DNA of 50,066 nucleotides, taken from contig CAZVVZ010000001.1 of assembly GCA_964631135.1 (NCBI GenBank), positions 1 to 50,066 of the forward strand, given 5' to 3'. The position numbers and the translations under genes are program-made. Numbering within the stretch: position 1 is the first letter of the stretch; each line of letters starts with the position of its first letter. Positions 25,260 to 35,530 of this stretch are shown here, in pieces. The notes beneath the pieces are model-generated. The model was given only the letters and a program-made list of their open reading frames with translations. It made no database searches and had not been told where the DNA came from. The DNA is from an uncultured Eubacteriales bacterium. Lineage in GTDB: Bacteria; Bacillota; Clostridia; TANB77; RGIG9151.

Positions 25260-26945
25260 ATGATTGTTGAAAGAATAATTTACAATATTATTTCAATCCT
25301 TCTATTCGTTTATACTATTAAGTCATATGTTGATAAACGAAAAGAATGGTATTTAGTTATAGGCGGAGGGCAGGTAATAGCCATAACATTTAACATTCTT
25401 AATTTATTTAATAGTATTTATTATGGAAATTATCTTATAGAAAGCATAGGAGCTGTTTTAGGGGTAGTAATACCCGGATTGGTGTTTGTATCACATTATG
25501 TTTCATCTATAAGAAACAATATAGTAGGCTTACTCGGTGCAGGTAACAGTATATTTGAAAAAGGAACTGTTAATGAGTACTTTGAAAAAATCCCAATGCT
25601 TGAAGCTAAAGAGCCTTCTGATGTGGTGAAGTGGATTAGGTTGAATGAAGAAGATGTGATAACTCAACTAAAAGATAAATTTACTACTGCAGAAAGTCTT
25701 GTCGCAAATGAAAAATATAAAGAAGCTTTGGATATTTACAATGGCGCGGAAGTTTTGTTTAAAGAAAATCCTATTATATTATTTAATTCCGGAATTATTT
25801 ATATGAAAAATGCGAATTATGAGCTGGCAGTAGCAAGATTTTTAAGAGCAGCGGAATTATTGGAAAATCAGGAAACTTACGATGATTCAAGTGCTTCAAT
25901 TGCTTTTGACAGAGCTAAGAATATTATGCAAGGGATTGAGAAATTTGACGTTTACTATAACTTGGCTTTAGCTTTTGCATGTTGGAATAAACCGGAATTA
26001 GCGGTTGAGAACTTTAAAAAAGCCGGAGATGCTAAATCTAACTGGATTTTAGTATATAAACCGTTGGCTATTATTTTGGAAAACTTAAAAAGATACGAAG
26101 AAGCGGCTAAGATGTATGAAAAACTTTCAGAGTATGAGCCGGAAGACTTTGCAGGATATGGGAAAATCGGAACGTTATTTGCTTTTAAGAAAGAATATGA
26201 TAAAGCAATAATGAATTATAGAAAGGCAATAAGGCTAGATCCTAATAATGCTTCTTTATATTACAATATGGGAATATTACTATATGAAACGGATAAAATA
26301 ACAGAGGCAATAAATACTTTTAGAAATGCAATAGAAATAAATTCCGATGATTACAGATTTCATTATAATTTGGCATTAGCACTTGAACGTGCAGATGAAA
26401 AAACGTTAGCTATAGACGAATTAAGAAAAACTTTAATACTAAAACCTGACTATGCGGTAGCTTCTAATATGCTTGCCATTTTATATTGTGGTATAGGGAA
26501 TAAAGAAGCTGCAATTCAAGTTTGTGAAAGCGCAATAAAGTATGATATAGATAATTATGAGTTATACTTTAATGCTGCTATTGCATATATGGAATCTAAG
26601 GATTATGAAAATGCGAAGAAGTATTTCACTTCCGCACTTTCTAAGAATCCTAATTTGGCTGAAGCATATTTCGGGCTTGGACAAATTGCAGTTATTGTTG
26701 AAGATTATTATGGCGCGGAAACGAACTATTTGAAAGCTATTAAAGCTAATCCTGAATACCCGAATCCATATTATAATCTTTCAAGAATATATGCATATAG
26801 AAAGGAATATGCTAAAGTAATGGAGAATTTAACACAAGCTGTTAAGTTAAATCCGGCATATAAGCAGAGAATAAAAAATGATGGCGCTTTCGACTTTATG
26901 CAGAATATGAATGATTTTAAGGCACTTATAGGAGAAGAAAAGTAA
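25260..26945 (+). CDS. Membrane-anchored tetratricopeptide (TPR) repeat protein
   Basis: ATG at 25260, 8 nt after ggagg. Three N-terminal hydrophobic helices precede multiple 34-aa TPR-like repeats (A..Y..A...P.......LG.). Confidence 0.8.
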   Translation: MIVERIIYNIISILLFVYTIKSYVDKRKEWYLVIGGGQVIAITFNILNLFNSIYYGNYLIESIGAVLGVVIPGLVFVSHYVSSIRNNIVGLLGAGNSIFEKGTVNEYFEKIPMLEAKEPSDVVKWIRLNEEDVITQLKDKFTTAESLVANEKYKEALDIYNGAEVLFKENPIILFNSGIIYMKNANYELAVARFLRAAELLENQETYDDSSASIAFDRAKNIMQGIEKFDVYYNLALAFACWNKPELAVENFKKAGDAKSNWILVYKPLAIILENLKRYEEAAKMYEKLSEYEPEDFAGYGKIGTLFAFKKEYDKAIMNYRKAIRLDPNNASLYYNMGILLYETDKITEAINTFRNAIEINSDDYRFHYNLALALERADEKTLAIDELRKTLILKPDYAVASNMLAILYCGIGNKEAAIQVCESAIKYDIDNYELYFNAAIAYMESKDYENAKKYFTSALSKNPNLAEAYFGLGQIAVIVEDYYGAETNYLKAIKANPEYPNPYYNLSRIYAYRKEYAKVMENLTQAVKLNPAYKQRIKNDGAFDFMQNMNDFKALIGEEK

Positions 26946-26959
26946 AGGGGAGAATAAAA

Positions 26960-27283
26960 ATGGGAGAAAAAGCAATAAACTTGACCAATGAGAATTATGA
27001 AAGTTTCATAAACTCAAACAAACCTGTAGTAGTTGATTTTTGGGCAACTTGGTGTGGCCCTTGTAAGATGGTAGGACCTGTTATAGAAGATTTGGCTAAC
27101 GAATTTGAAGGACAGACAGATATCTGTAAAGTAAATGTTGATGAAATGCCTGATCTTGCTTCTCAGTATAAAATAATGAGCATACCTACCGTTATGATTT
27201 TTAAGAATGGCGAAGTGCTGGATAAAGCTGTTGGAGTTAGAACTAAGGAAGAATATCAGAACATGATAAAGAATGTGTTGTAA
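26960..27283 (+). CDS. trxA: Thioredoxin
   Basis: 107 aa with active site WCGPCK. Confidence 0.92.
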   Translation: MGEKAINLTNENYESFINSNKPVVVDFWATWCGPCKMVGPVIEDLANEFEGQTDICKVNVDEMPDLASQYKIMSIPTVMIFKNGEVLDKAVGVRTKEEYQNMIKNVL

Positions 27284-27296
27284 AGGATAGATGCAT

Positions 27297-28340
27297 ATGA
27301 ATATTGTTATTGCAGCCGGTGGAACTGCTGGGCATATAAATCCCGGCATTTCCATTGCTAATATTATAAAAAAATATTATCCGGAAGCTAATATTACGTT
27401 TATCGGTACAAGGTACGGACTAGAAAGCAAACTTGTTCCGCAGGCCGGCTTTAATATTAAATTTATACATTCAAAAGGATTATCTAAAAATCCTGTTAAG
27501 TTGTTAAAATCAGTTGTAGCAAATTCAGAAGGTTTATTTGAAGCAAAAAAGATATTAAAAGAGCTGAAGCCAAAAATTGTAATTGGAATGGGTGGTTACG
27601 TTTGTGCTCCAGTTCTTTTTGTTGCTAAGAAGATTTTACATATACCTGTTTTTATACATGAAAGCAATTCTATAGCAGGAAAGACAAATAAGTTTATAGG
27701 TAATTTCGCTGATGGAATTGCTGTAGGATTTGAAAGAACAAAGAATGATTTCAAGAGCAAATGTGTTTTTGTTACCGGTAATCCTGTAAATCAAGCCTTT
27801 TTTAATGTTATAAAAACTAAAGACAGTGAAAATACGATCTTAATTTACGGAGGAAGTCAGGGCGCAAAAGGGATAAACGATACGGTTACTGATATGATAA
27901 ACAATAAGAAATTATCATATAAAATAATTTATGCAACCGGAGAAAAAAATTACTTAGAAGTAAAAAACAGTATAAACAATCCTAAAGGCAACGACGTAAT
28001 GATTCTGCCGTACATAAACAATATGCCGGATATGTTTTCAAAGGTAAGTTTAGTAGTTGCAAGGGCAGGTGCTTTAACTATCAGTGAATTAAAAGCCGCA
28101 AATATGCCGGCTATTCTGATACCGTTACCTACAGCTGCTGAAAACCATCAAGAGTTTAATGCAAGAGCTTTTAAAGAAACAGGTGGTTGTGATGTTATTT
28201 TAGAAAAAGATTTAGATGAAAATATACTAAATAAAAAAATTGAAGAGATGCTAAGAAAGAATAAAAAGGCGGAAAAACCGGTAATAGAAAATGCGGATGA
28301 GAAAATTTTTAAGATTATACAACCTTTTTTAGAAAAATAA
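27297..28340 (+). CDS. murG: Undecaprenyldiphospho-muramoylpentapeptide beta-N-acetylglucosaminyltransferase
   Basis: MNIVIAAGGTAGHINPG at the N-terminus, plus GGSQGA and the C-terminal Rossmann half. An alternative ATG lies at 27291; 27297 has the better SD spacing. Confidence 0.85.
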   Translation: MNIVIAAGGTAGHINPGISIANIIKKYYPEANITFIGTRYGLESKLVPQAGFNIKFIHSKGLSKNPVKLLKSVVANSEGLFEAKKILKELKPKIVIGMGGYVCAPVLFVAKKILHIPVFIHESNSIAGKTNKFIGNFADGIAVGFERTKNDFKSKCVFVTGNPVNQAFFNVIKTKDSENTILIYGGSQGAKGINDTVTDMINNKKLSYKIIYATGEKNYLEVKNSINNPKGNDVMILPYINNMPDMFSKVSLVVARAGALTISELKAANMPAILIPLPTAAENHQEFNARAFKETGGCDVILEKDLDENILNKKIEEMLRKNKKAEKPVIENADEKIFKIIQPFLEK

Positions 28341-28401
28341 TTATATAGGTAATTTATATAATGCCGATATTATAATCGAAGTTTACTAAGGGGGTGGACC
28401 T

Positions 28402-29502
28402 ATGATTGGAGAATTAAAATTAAATTATAAAAAAATATTAAAAGCATCAATAACTTTTATATTGATTGTGATTGGGATTCTACTTGGAATAAAGATAGCG
28501 ATTTTCTTTTTGCCATTTTTAATAGCATATATAATATCAAAACTAATAAAAAAGCCGGTAGATTTTTTAGAGAAAAAACTTAAAGTGGCTAGAGTATTAG
28601 GTGTAATCTTGACAATGCTTATATTTATAAGTATAGTCGGTGTAGTATTATATTTTTTCTGTGCGGCATTGTTTAAAGAAATTATTACTTTGTCTGAACA
28701 AACTCAATATATTTTTCCACCGCTATATAATAATATTTCGCTTCAGCTTGACAGGTTTAATTTCTTTTTTAATAATTTAAATATTTCGCCGGAAATAGTT
28801 TCTGAAATAGAGAAATCAGTATTAAGCATTATTAACGGATTATTTACAACTCTAGCAAGCTGGATAAATAAGGCGGGAAATGTTGCAATAGATACAATAA
28901 TGAATTTCCCGACAATTCTTATTTATATTATAATCACGATATTAGCTACATTCTTCATGAGCTGTGATTCAAAGTATATTTCAGATTCTTTAGAAAAATA
29001 CTTGCCGTTAAAATGGTTAAAAAAAGCAGAAGACATATCGAATGGATTGTTTCATTCATTAGGTGCATATTTAAAAGCGATTGGAATACTTATTACAATA
29101 ACGTTTTGCGAATTGCTGATAGGCTTTTTACTGCTTGATATTGATTATGCAGTCATTTTGGCTATTGTGATAGCTATTATTGATGCACTACCTATTCTAG
29201 GCACAGGCACGGTTCTGATTCCTTGGGGACTGGTTTTACTTGCCATGGGTAACTATACATTAGGACTTTGCATATTGGGATTATATTTATTTATACTAGT
29301 TATAAGACAGTTAATAGAGCCGAAAATTGTTGGAAACCAAATTGGTGTGTACCCTTTATTAACACTTATTGCGATGTATACGGGTGTAAGATTTTTCGGC
29401 TTGGTCGGAGTTATTATAGGACCTGTTGTACTAATAATATTGAAGAATGTGTTCGGCGGTGTTTATGAAAAAGGGGTCTTAAAAGATTTGTTTGAAAATT
29501 AG
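28402..29502 (+). CDS. ytvI: AI-2E/PerM-family membrane protein, YtvI-like sporulation integral membrane protein
   Basis: 366 aa with about 8 TM helices. The conserved C-terminal block is LPILGTGTVLIPWG...IRQLIEPKIVG. Confidence 0.6.
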   Translation: MIGELKLNYKKILKASITFILIVIGILLGIKIAIFFLPFLIAYIISKLIKKPVDFLEKKLKVARVLGVILTMLIFISIVGVVLYFFCAALFKEIITLSEQTQYIFPPLYNNISLQLDRFNFFFNNLNISPEIVSEIEKSVLSIINGLFTTLASWINKAGNVAIDTIMNFPTILIYIIITILATFFMSCDSKYISDSLEKYLPLKWLKKAEDISNGLFHSLGAYLKAIGILITITFCELLIGFLLLDIDYAVILAIVIAIIDALPILGTGTVLIPWGLVLLAMGNYTLGLCILGLYLFILVIRQLIEPKIVGNQIGVYPLLTLIAMYTGVRFFGLVGVIIGPVVLIILKNVFGGVYEKGVLKDLFEN

Positions 29503-29571
29503 CATCTATTGCACAAAGGAGTTTTTACAAGACATTATTAAATAGTAGATAGTAAGGTTTGTGAATAATAT

Positions 29572-29630
29572 GTTACCGTGGGAACTAATAAAATAAATAA
29601 TTTATTAGTTTCCGCGGTAACTATTTTTTT
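29572..29630 (+). terminator. Rho-independent terminator with an unusually long 21-bp stem
   Basis: gttaccgtgggaactaataaa-loop-tttattagtttccgcggtaac followed by tattttttt. Both arm mismatches are G:U on the + strand (they would be C/A on the - strand), so the structure is an RNA-level one on +. Confidence 0.7.
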
Positions 29631-29677
29631 GCTAAATAAAAAAATACTTATTGCCGATAAAAAATCGAGGTGAAAAG

Positions 29678-30364
29678 ATGAAGTTTAAAAATACATTAAA
29701 AGAAATAATAATTGGGATATTCCCGGTGCTGGTAGTAATAACACTTCTGCAATTTACAATTACCCCTGTTGAAATGGAGCTGTATATAAGATTCTTGTGG
29801 AGCACGGCATTTGTTGTTATCGGATTGTTCTTATTCTTAGTGGGTATAGAATACGGCTTCCAGCGAGCAGGTGAAAGTATAGGTAAAGCAGTTGTTAAAA
29901 CCGGCAAGTTAAGTTGGATTTTGTTCATTACAATATTACTAGGGTTTGGTGTAACATTATTGGAACCTGACGTCCAGGTTTTTTCTGAACAAGCCGCAAC
30001 TATGATAGAAAGTGTAGATGCATTTGAATTTTGCTTAGTTATAGCTATTGGAGTCGGTCTATTTGTAGGAGCTGCATTCTTAAGAATGTTTTTAAATGTT
30101 CCTATAAAATATATACTTTTGGTTGGATATGCATTAGCCTTTGCTTTGGTGGCTTTCTGCCCGACAGATATATCTGCGGCTGCTTTTGATGCAGGCGGTG
30201 CGACTACCGGTGCATTAACTGTTCCGTTTTTGTTATCGCTAGCCATTGGTGTAGCATCTATGATTAGCAAGAATAAAAAGACGGTAGGAAGTTTCGGAAT
30301 AATAGGAATTGCATCTCTTGGCCCTATTTTAAGTATCTTAATAATGGGGGTGCTTACTAAATGA
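29678..30364 (+). CDS. DUF1538-family integral membrane protein (1 of 2)
   Basis: The start is taken at MKFKNTLKE after gaggtga. It is polytopic, with a conserved AFDAGGATTG block that recurs in the next gene as AFDAGGVTTG. Confidence 0.6.
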   Translation: MKFKNTLKEIIIGIFPVLVVITLLQFTITPVEMELYIRFLWSTAFVVIGLFLFLVGIEYGFQRAGESIGKAVVKTGKLSWILFITILLGFGVTLLEPDVQVFSEQAATMIESVDAFEFCLVIAIGVGLFVGAAFLRMFLNVPIKYILLVGYALAFALVAFCPTDISAAAFDAGGATTGALTVPFLLSLAIGVASMISKNKKTVGSFGIIGIASLGPILSILIMGVLTK

Positions 30365-31092
30365 TAATTGAATTCTTAGAAGTAGCGAAGGGTTGCTTGA
30401 TTGCAATATTACCTTTGCTAATTACATTTGTTTTATTTCAAATTTTTTCTATAAAAATGTCATGGGAAAAATTTAAAAGCATTTTAGTAGGTATTTTATT
30501 AACTTATGTTGGAGTGGTATTTTTAATTTTTGGGTTAGAAATAGGATATGTTGAAATCGGGAAACAAATTGGACTTGAAATATCCAAATTATCATATAGC
30601 TGGATTATAGTACCTATAGGGTTCATTTTAGGCTTTGTTATAACAAGGGTAGAGCCTTCCGTTCAGGTTTTAATAAGAGACATAGAAAAAGAAACCGGAG
30701 GTGCGATTAAGAAAAACGTACTCTTATATACGTTGGCAATAGGAGTTGCACTTTCCCTTGCTTTGGCTTTACTTAAAATATTGTTAAAAATTTCTTTATG
30801 GTATATAGTGATACCGGGATATATGATTTGCATAATTCTTGCATTTACATCAGATGAACGTTTTACATCTATTGCTTTTGATGCCGGCGGAGTTACTACC
30901 GGGGTAATGACGACAACGTTTTTGCTGGCAATGGCACTGGGTTTAGCGGAAGGAATTCCGGGAGCTAATCCTGCAACAGATGGGTTTGGACTTATTGCAT
31001 TGGTGGCAATGACTCCGATAATTTTGGTTATGTTACTTGGGAAAATATACAGTAAAAGAAAAAGGGAGGATAATAAAAATGTGGAAGAATAA
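30361..31092 (+). CDS. DUF1538-family integral membrane protein (2 of 2)
   Basis: 243 aa, paralogous to the preceding gene (LLGFGVTLLEPDVQV versus ILGFVITRVEPSVQV). ATGA start/stop overlap. Confidence 0.6.
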   Translation: MIIEFLEVAKGCLIAILPLLITFVLFQIFSIKMSWEKFKSILVGILLTYVGVVFLIFGLEIGYVEIGKQIGLEISKLSYSWIIVPIGFILGFVITRVEPSVQVLIRDIEKETGGAIKKNVLLYTLAIGVALSLALALLKILLKISLWYIVIPGYMICIILAFTSDERFTSIAFDAGGVTTGVMTTTFLLAMALGLAEGIPGANPATDGFGLIALVAMTPIILVMLLGKIYSKRKREDNKNVEE

Positions 31093-31402
31093 AAAGGAAT
31101 ATCAGTTAATTATTACGATTGTAGATCAGGGAAAAGCAGAAGACGTTATCGAGTGTGCGAAAAAAGGCGGTGCTGAGGGCGGAACAATCCTAACAGGCAG
31201 AGGTGCCGGCACAAAGGATACAGCGAAAGTTTTAGGAATTTTAATAGAACCGGAAAAAGAGGTAATTTTTACTCTTATTGAAAAAGAAAAAACAGATAGT
31301 GTTTTAGAAGCAATTTCTACAGGTATGGAGTTGGCAAAGCCGGGTAAGGGCATAGCATTTGTGATTGATGTTCCTAAGGCTATTGGAATTGCTTGCGAAT
31401 AG
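31079..31402 (+). CDS. P-II-like signal-transduction protein
   Basis: The start is taken at MWKNKKEY, 9 nt after aaagggagga. It is 107 aa with a beta-alpha-beta pattern and a GRGAGTKD T-loop-like segment. It overlaps the upstream stop by 14 nt. Confidence 0.55.
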   Translation: MWKNKKEYQLIITIVDQGKAEDVIECAKKGGAEGGTILTGRGAGTKDTAKVLGILIEPEKEVIFTLIEKEKTDSVLEAISTGMELAKPGKGIAFVIDVPKAIGIACE

Positions 31403-31419
31403 ATAATTTCTTACAATAT

Positions 31420-32538
31420 TTATTTACAGTAATATAATGTTTGAAATATTTTAAAAATAACAGTAAATACAAATAGCCCTAAAATTACGGAAAGTACTGC
31501 ATTAAAACCATATGAATTGTATTCTGCTCCTGAAAATACAGGTGTTAATAAAATTTCCGAAAAGTTTGTATAAAGTAAGGCAAGATATGTTAAAGCTCCT
31601 GCGATAATACCTTGAAGGGTTTTACCGATTAGATAGGAGCTTATTTTTATATCTGTTTTTGCAAGTACACTTAAAGTTTGAGTATGAATACTAAAGCCTC
31701 CGAAGCCAAGGACAACAGCAGTTATCACAAGTTTTTTCATCAATGGGATAGATGCGGTGGATAATAAATTTACCCCGTTTGTAACTTCAAGTATTCCTGT
31801 AAATATTGCTAAAGATACACTTCTATCTAAATTTGGAAAAATAAGTTTAGAAATTGCAGATATAATACCTGTTTCTAAAAAAATAGTTGAAATTATTGAA
31901 AAAAGTACTATAAATCCACCTATAGCCACTACACTTGATATTGAATTTTTAACAGATTCATTTAATACATTGCCTAATTTTGAAAAAGTAATTACTTCAA
32001 ATTCTATATCATTGCTTTTTAAAGAGGGCTCTTTTGATTTTTTAAGAAGAATCCCGACAACTAATGCAGAAAGATAGTGAGTGATTAGAAGGAGTGTCCC
32101 GATTTTTGGATTGTTGTATAATCCTATGCCTATAGCACCACTTATAAAAAGAGGACCGGCATTATTTGTAAATGCGATTAAATGATTTGCTGAGGTAGAT
32201 GAGATGGTATTATTTTTCCTTAAATCAGCTGTAACTTTCGCTCCTACCGGATATCCGCCTACCATTCCTAGAAAAACTGCAAGAGCAGATATTCCCGGCA
32301 GTTTAAATACAAATTGCATAATAGGATTTAATAGTTTTCCAAAAAACTTTGGAAGTGCGGTTTTTATTATTAGATTAGATAATATTAAAAAAGGGAGTAA
32401 AGAGGGCAACACTATTCTCCACCAAAGAGATATCCCATTTTTTGCAGAAGAAATCATTGATTCGGGGAAAATAATACAAAATAAGACAAGTACTGAAATA
32501 AAAATTGTAAATATGTATTTTTTCATATTTAATATCAT
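31420..32538 (-). CDS. ylbJ: Nucleoside-recognition (Gate) domain membrane protein, YlbJ-like sporulation integral membrane protein
   Basis: 372 aa and polytopic, with WWRIVLPSLLPFLILSNL near the N-terminus. An alternative start lies 4 codons downstream (MKKY). Confidence 0.55.
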   Translation of the reverse strand: MILNMKKYIFTIFISVLVLFCIIFPESMISSAKNGISLWWRIVLPSLLPFLILSNLIIKTALPKFFGKLLNPIMQFVFKLPGISALAVFLGMVGGYPVGAKVTADLRKNNTISSTSANHLIAFTNNAGPLFISGAIGIGLYNNPKIGTLLLITHYLSALVVGILLKKSKEPSLKSNDIEFEVITFSKLGNVLNESVKNSISSVVAIGGFIVLFSIISTIFLETGIISAISKLIFPNLDRSVSLAIFTGILEVTNGVNLLSTASIPLMKKLVITAVVLGFGGFSIHTQTLSVLAKTDIKISSYLIGKTLQGIIAGALTYLALLYTNFSEILLTPVFSGAEYNSYGFNAVLSVILGLFVFTVIFKIFQTLYYCK

Positions 32539-32572
32539 TCCTTTCTACAAACATTCGTTCAAACATATATAC

Positions 32573-32585
32573 TCTGACCAGTAAC
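32573..32585 (-). repeat. Solo T1 terminus fragment next to copy E
   Basis: tctgaccagtaac resembles the right terminus tctgactggtaac of copy A (11/13). It lies 12 nt outside the left end of copy E. Confidence 0.35.
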
Positions 32586-32597
32586 CGAAGATGACAC

Positions 32598-32750
32598 TGT
32601 TCAGACTGCGACTATATGAAAATAATATATATGTTTTAAAAGGAACGAATATTTGCCGAAAGACTTCCCGTATTTTTTAAAGTCTTTCGTCGCAAATCCT
32701 GAGTTCCGATAAAACATATATATTATTTTCATATAGCAGCAGTCTGAACA
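32598..32750 (-). repeat. T1 long-hairpin repeat, copy E, reverse
   Basis: tgttcagactgcgactatatgaaaataatatatatgttttaaaaggaacgaatatttgccgaaagactt ... aagtctttcgtcgcaaatcctgagttccgataaaacatatatattattttcatatagcagcagtctgaaca. Confidence 0.9.
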
Positions 32751-32785
32751 AGTACCACGAAGACTACCTTTTTATTTGATATATA

Positions 32786-32814
32786 TTGCAATTAAGCTGA
32801 AAAAATGACATACT
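32786..32814 (+). promoter_or_regulatory. Candidate sigma-A promoter for relA (TTGCAA-N17-TGaCATACT)
   Basis: ttgcaa at 32786, a 17-nt spacer and catact at 32809 with an upstream TG. Confidence 0.35.
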
Positions 32815-32852
32815 ATAAAAGGATAATTAAACAGTAAAGGGATGAAAATTAT

Positions 32853-35039
32853 ATGGCGATACCTACAGCAGACGAAATAATTGAAAGAGTAAATGTTTAT
32901 TCTAAAAATAAAGACCATGAGATAATAAGAAAGGCTTATGAATTTTCTAAAAAAGCGCATGAAGGCCAGCTAAGAGAGTCCGGCGAGCCTTTTTTTAAAC
33001 ACCCTGCCAAAGTTGCTTTAATTTTGACTAGCTTTGAATTAGATGATGCTTCTATTTGCGCCGGATTATTACACGATGTTATTGAAGATACGGAATATAC
33101 TTATGAGGATATAAAAAATGAATTCGGCGAAGAAATAGCAAATTTAGTTGATGGTGTTACAAAACTCGGTAAAATACCATATAATACGAAAGAAGAGCAG
33201 CAAGCCGAAAACTTAAGAAAAATGTTTATGGCGATGGCGATGGATATTAGGGTTATATTTATAAAATTATCTGATAGATTACACAACATGAAGACTCTTG
33301 GGTATACAGATAAACAAAAGCAAATAGACAAAGCAAGAGAGACATTAGAAATATATGCGCCTTTAGCTCATAGATTGGGAATGTATTCTATAAAGTGGGA
33401 ACTTGAGGATTTATGCTTAAGGTATTTGGATCCGGATGCATACTATAAATTGGTAGAGGCCATTTCTCAGAGAAGAAATGAAAGAGAAAAGTTTATAAAT
33501 GATATTATTACTAATATAAAAGCGAAATTAAAAGAAGTTAATATAGAAGCGGATATTGAAGGCAGGCCTAAGCATTTCTACAGTATTTATAGAAAAATGA
33601 AAGAGCAGAATAAGGAAATAGATCAAATTTTTGATTTATTTGCACTCAGGATTATAGTTAATTCGGTAAAAGACTGTTATGCGGTTTTAGGGCTTGTCCA
33701 TGAGATGTACAGACCTATTCCGGGGCGCTTTAAGGATTATATTGCTATGCCGAAGGCTAACGGTTATCAGTCTCTTCACACTACGTTAGTCGGAAATACA
33801 GGTCATCCTTTTGAAATACAAATTAGGACATGGGATATGCATAGAACCGCGGAGTATGGGGTTGCGGCTCACTGGAAATATAAAGAAAAAACTACAGATA
33901 AAAAGGACTCTTTTGACGAAAAGATTAGTTGGATAAGACGTACTGTTGAGTGGCAGAAAGAGACTAAAGACGGTAACGACTTGATGGAAAATCTAAAGTT
34001 TGACTTATTTAGCGATGACGTATTTGTATTTACACCAAAAGGTGATGTTTATCAGCTCCCTGTGCATTCTACCCCAATTGACTTTGCATATAGAGTTCAT
34101 AGCGAAGTTGGCAATAAGATGGTTGGCGCAAGAGTAAACGATAAAATGGTACCGATTGGATATGAACTTCACAACGGAGATGTTGTTGAAATAATAACCT
34201 CTTCAAATTCAAAGGGGCCAAGCAGGGACTGGCTGAATATTGTTAAAAGCGCTAATGCACGTGCTAAGATGATACAGTGGTTTAAAAAAGAAGGATACGA
34301 AGAAAATGTTGAAAACGGTAAAGAAGCTGTTGAAAAAGAGTTAAAGAGGCTAAGGCTTACAAATGCGGACTTATTTAGACCTGAATGGGTTGAGCCGATG
34401 CTAAAAAAATATAGCTTTGGAAAGCTTGACGACTGCTATGCGGCTATAGGATACGGTGCTTTGCCTGTTGGTAAAATTATTGGGCGATTAAAAGAAGAAT
34501 ATGAAAAAGAACGTAAAATCGAGGAAGCTAAAAATTTAAAACCGGAAATTACTTCTGAGAATGAGAAAAGCAAAAAAGTAAGGAAGGCTCCGCCAAGTGG
34601 CATAGTCGTAAAAGGGATAGATAACTGTTTAGTAAGACTGTCTAAATGCTGTAATCCGCTTCCCGGAGATGAAATAGTAGGGTATATAACTAAAGGCAGA
34701 GGAGTTTCAATCCACAGAAGCGATTGTCCTAACGTAACAAATTTTACCGAAGATATAAATCGTTTAATAGATGTTGAATGGTTTAAAGCAAAGAATACAG
34801 AATATAATGCTGAAATCGAAGTATTCGCAAATGACAGAAACGGCTTATTTGCCGATGTTTCGTCTGCAGTTAGTGATGCAAAAGGGAAAATAAATGCGAT
34901 AAATGCAAGAGTTTTACAAGATAGAGTGGCTATGTTTCAGGTTGAAGTTCAGCTGTCCGACATAGATCATTTAAATAAAGTTATTAAAGCATTAAAAAAA
35001 GTAGACAGTGTGTATGAAGTAAGGAGAAAAAAGAGTTAG
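32853..35039 (+). CDS. relA: Bifunctional (p)ppGpp synthetase/hydrolase
   Basis: 728 aa. It has an HD domain LLHDVIEDT, a synthetase block YRPIPGRFKDYIAMPKANGYQSLHT, and TGS and ACT-like C-terminal domains. Confidence 0.95.
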   Translation: MAIPTADEIIERVNVYSKNKDHEIIRKAYEFSKKAHEGQLRESGEPFFKHPAKVALILTSFELDDASICAGLLHDVIEDTEYTYEDIKNEFGEEIANLVDGVTKLGKIPYNTKEEQQAENLRKMFMAMAMDIRVIFIKLSDRLHNMKTLGYTDKQKQIDKARETLEIYAPLAHRLGMYSIKWELEDLCLRYLDPDAYYKLVEAISQRRNEREKFINDIITNIKAKLKEVNIEADIEGRPKHFYSIYRKMKEQNKEIDQIFDLFALRIIVNSVKDCYAVLGLVHEMYRPIPGRFKDYIAMPKANGYQSLHTTLVGNTGHPFEIQIRTWDMHRTAEYGVAAHWKYKEKTTDKKDSFDEKISWIRRTVEWQKETKDGNDLMENLKFDLFSDDVFVFTPKGDVYQLPVHSTPIDFAYRVHSEVGNKMVGARVNDKMVPIGYELHNGDVVEIITSSNSKGPSRDWLNIVKSANARAKMIQWFKKEGYEENVENGKEAVEKELKRLRLTNADLFRPEWVEPMLKKYSFGKLDDCYAAIGYGALPVGKIIGRLKEEYEKERKIEEAKNLKPEITSENEKSKKVRKAPPSGIVVKGIDNCLVRLSKCCNPLPGDEIVGYITKGRGVSIHRSDCPNVTNFTEDINRLIDVEWFKAKNTEYNAEIEVFANDRNGLFADVSSAVSDAKGKINAINARVLQDRVAMFQVEVQLSDIDHLNKVIKALKKVDSVYEVRRKKS

Positions 35040-35052
35040 TGGGGAGATTTTT

Positions 35053-35511
35053 ATGCGATTAGTTATTCAAAGAGTAAAGTATGCATCTGTAAAAGTAGAC
35101 GGAGAAGTAAAAGGAGAGATTAAGGAAGGCTTTTTAGTATTGTTTGGAGTAAAAAAAGGTGACACAGAAAAAGATTTAGAATACTGTGTGAAAAAATTGG
35201 TTGGTCTTAGAGTTTTTAAAGATGAAGAAGATAAAATGAATTTGAACATTCAAGATATAAACGGAGAATTTTTAATTATTTCTCAGTTTACTTTGTATGC
35301 AGATACGAAAAAAGGGAATCGCCCAAGCTTTATTATGGCAGAAGAACCGGAAAAAGCAGAAAAGATGTATGAGATTTTTCTAGAAAAGGTAAGAACCGAT
35401 TCAGGACGGAAAGTAGAAAAAGGTGTTTTCGGAGCGGACATGAAGGTTGAATTATTAAATGACGGTCCTGTTACTATTATTATAGAAAGTCCATTTAACG
35501 TAGGGGAGTAA
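35053..35511 (+). CDS. dtd: D-aminoacyl-tRNA deacylase
   Basis: MRLVIQRV N-terminus, SQFTLYADTKKGNRPSF, and the GPVT motif near the C-terminus. Confidence 0.9.
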   Translation: MRLVIQRVKYASVKVDGEVKGEIKEGFLVLFGVKKGDTEKDLEYCVKKLVGLRVFKDEEDKMNLNIQDINGEFLIISQFTLYADTKKGNRPSFIMAEEPEKAEKMYEIFLEKVRTDSGRKVEKGVFGADMKVELLNDGPVTIIIESPFNVGE

Positions 35512-35530
35512 AAAATTAAGGAGAATATAA

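Noticed and set aside
29503-29677. Possible riboswitch upstream of the DUF1538/P-II operon.
   Set aside because: I could not recognise any conserved riboswitch core (for example, nothing ydaO- or glnA-like). The dominant structure is a 21-bp hairpin plus U-tract directly after ytvI, best explained as the ytvI terminator. A cmscan would settle it.
29632-30270. 212-aa ORF on the minus strand.
   Set aside because: It is entirely antisense to the DUF1538 gene. It has low-complexity Thr/Asn/Pro/Ala-rich composition mirroring the sense hydrophobic codons, has no SD, and the sense gene has a clear paralog next door.
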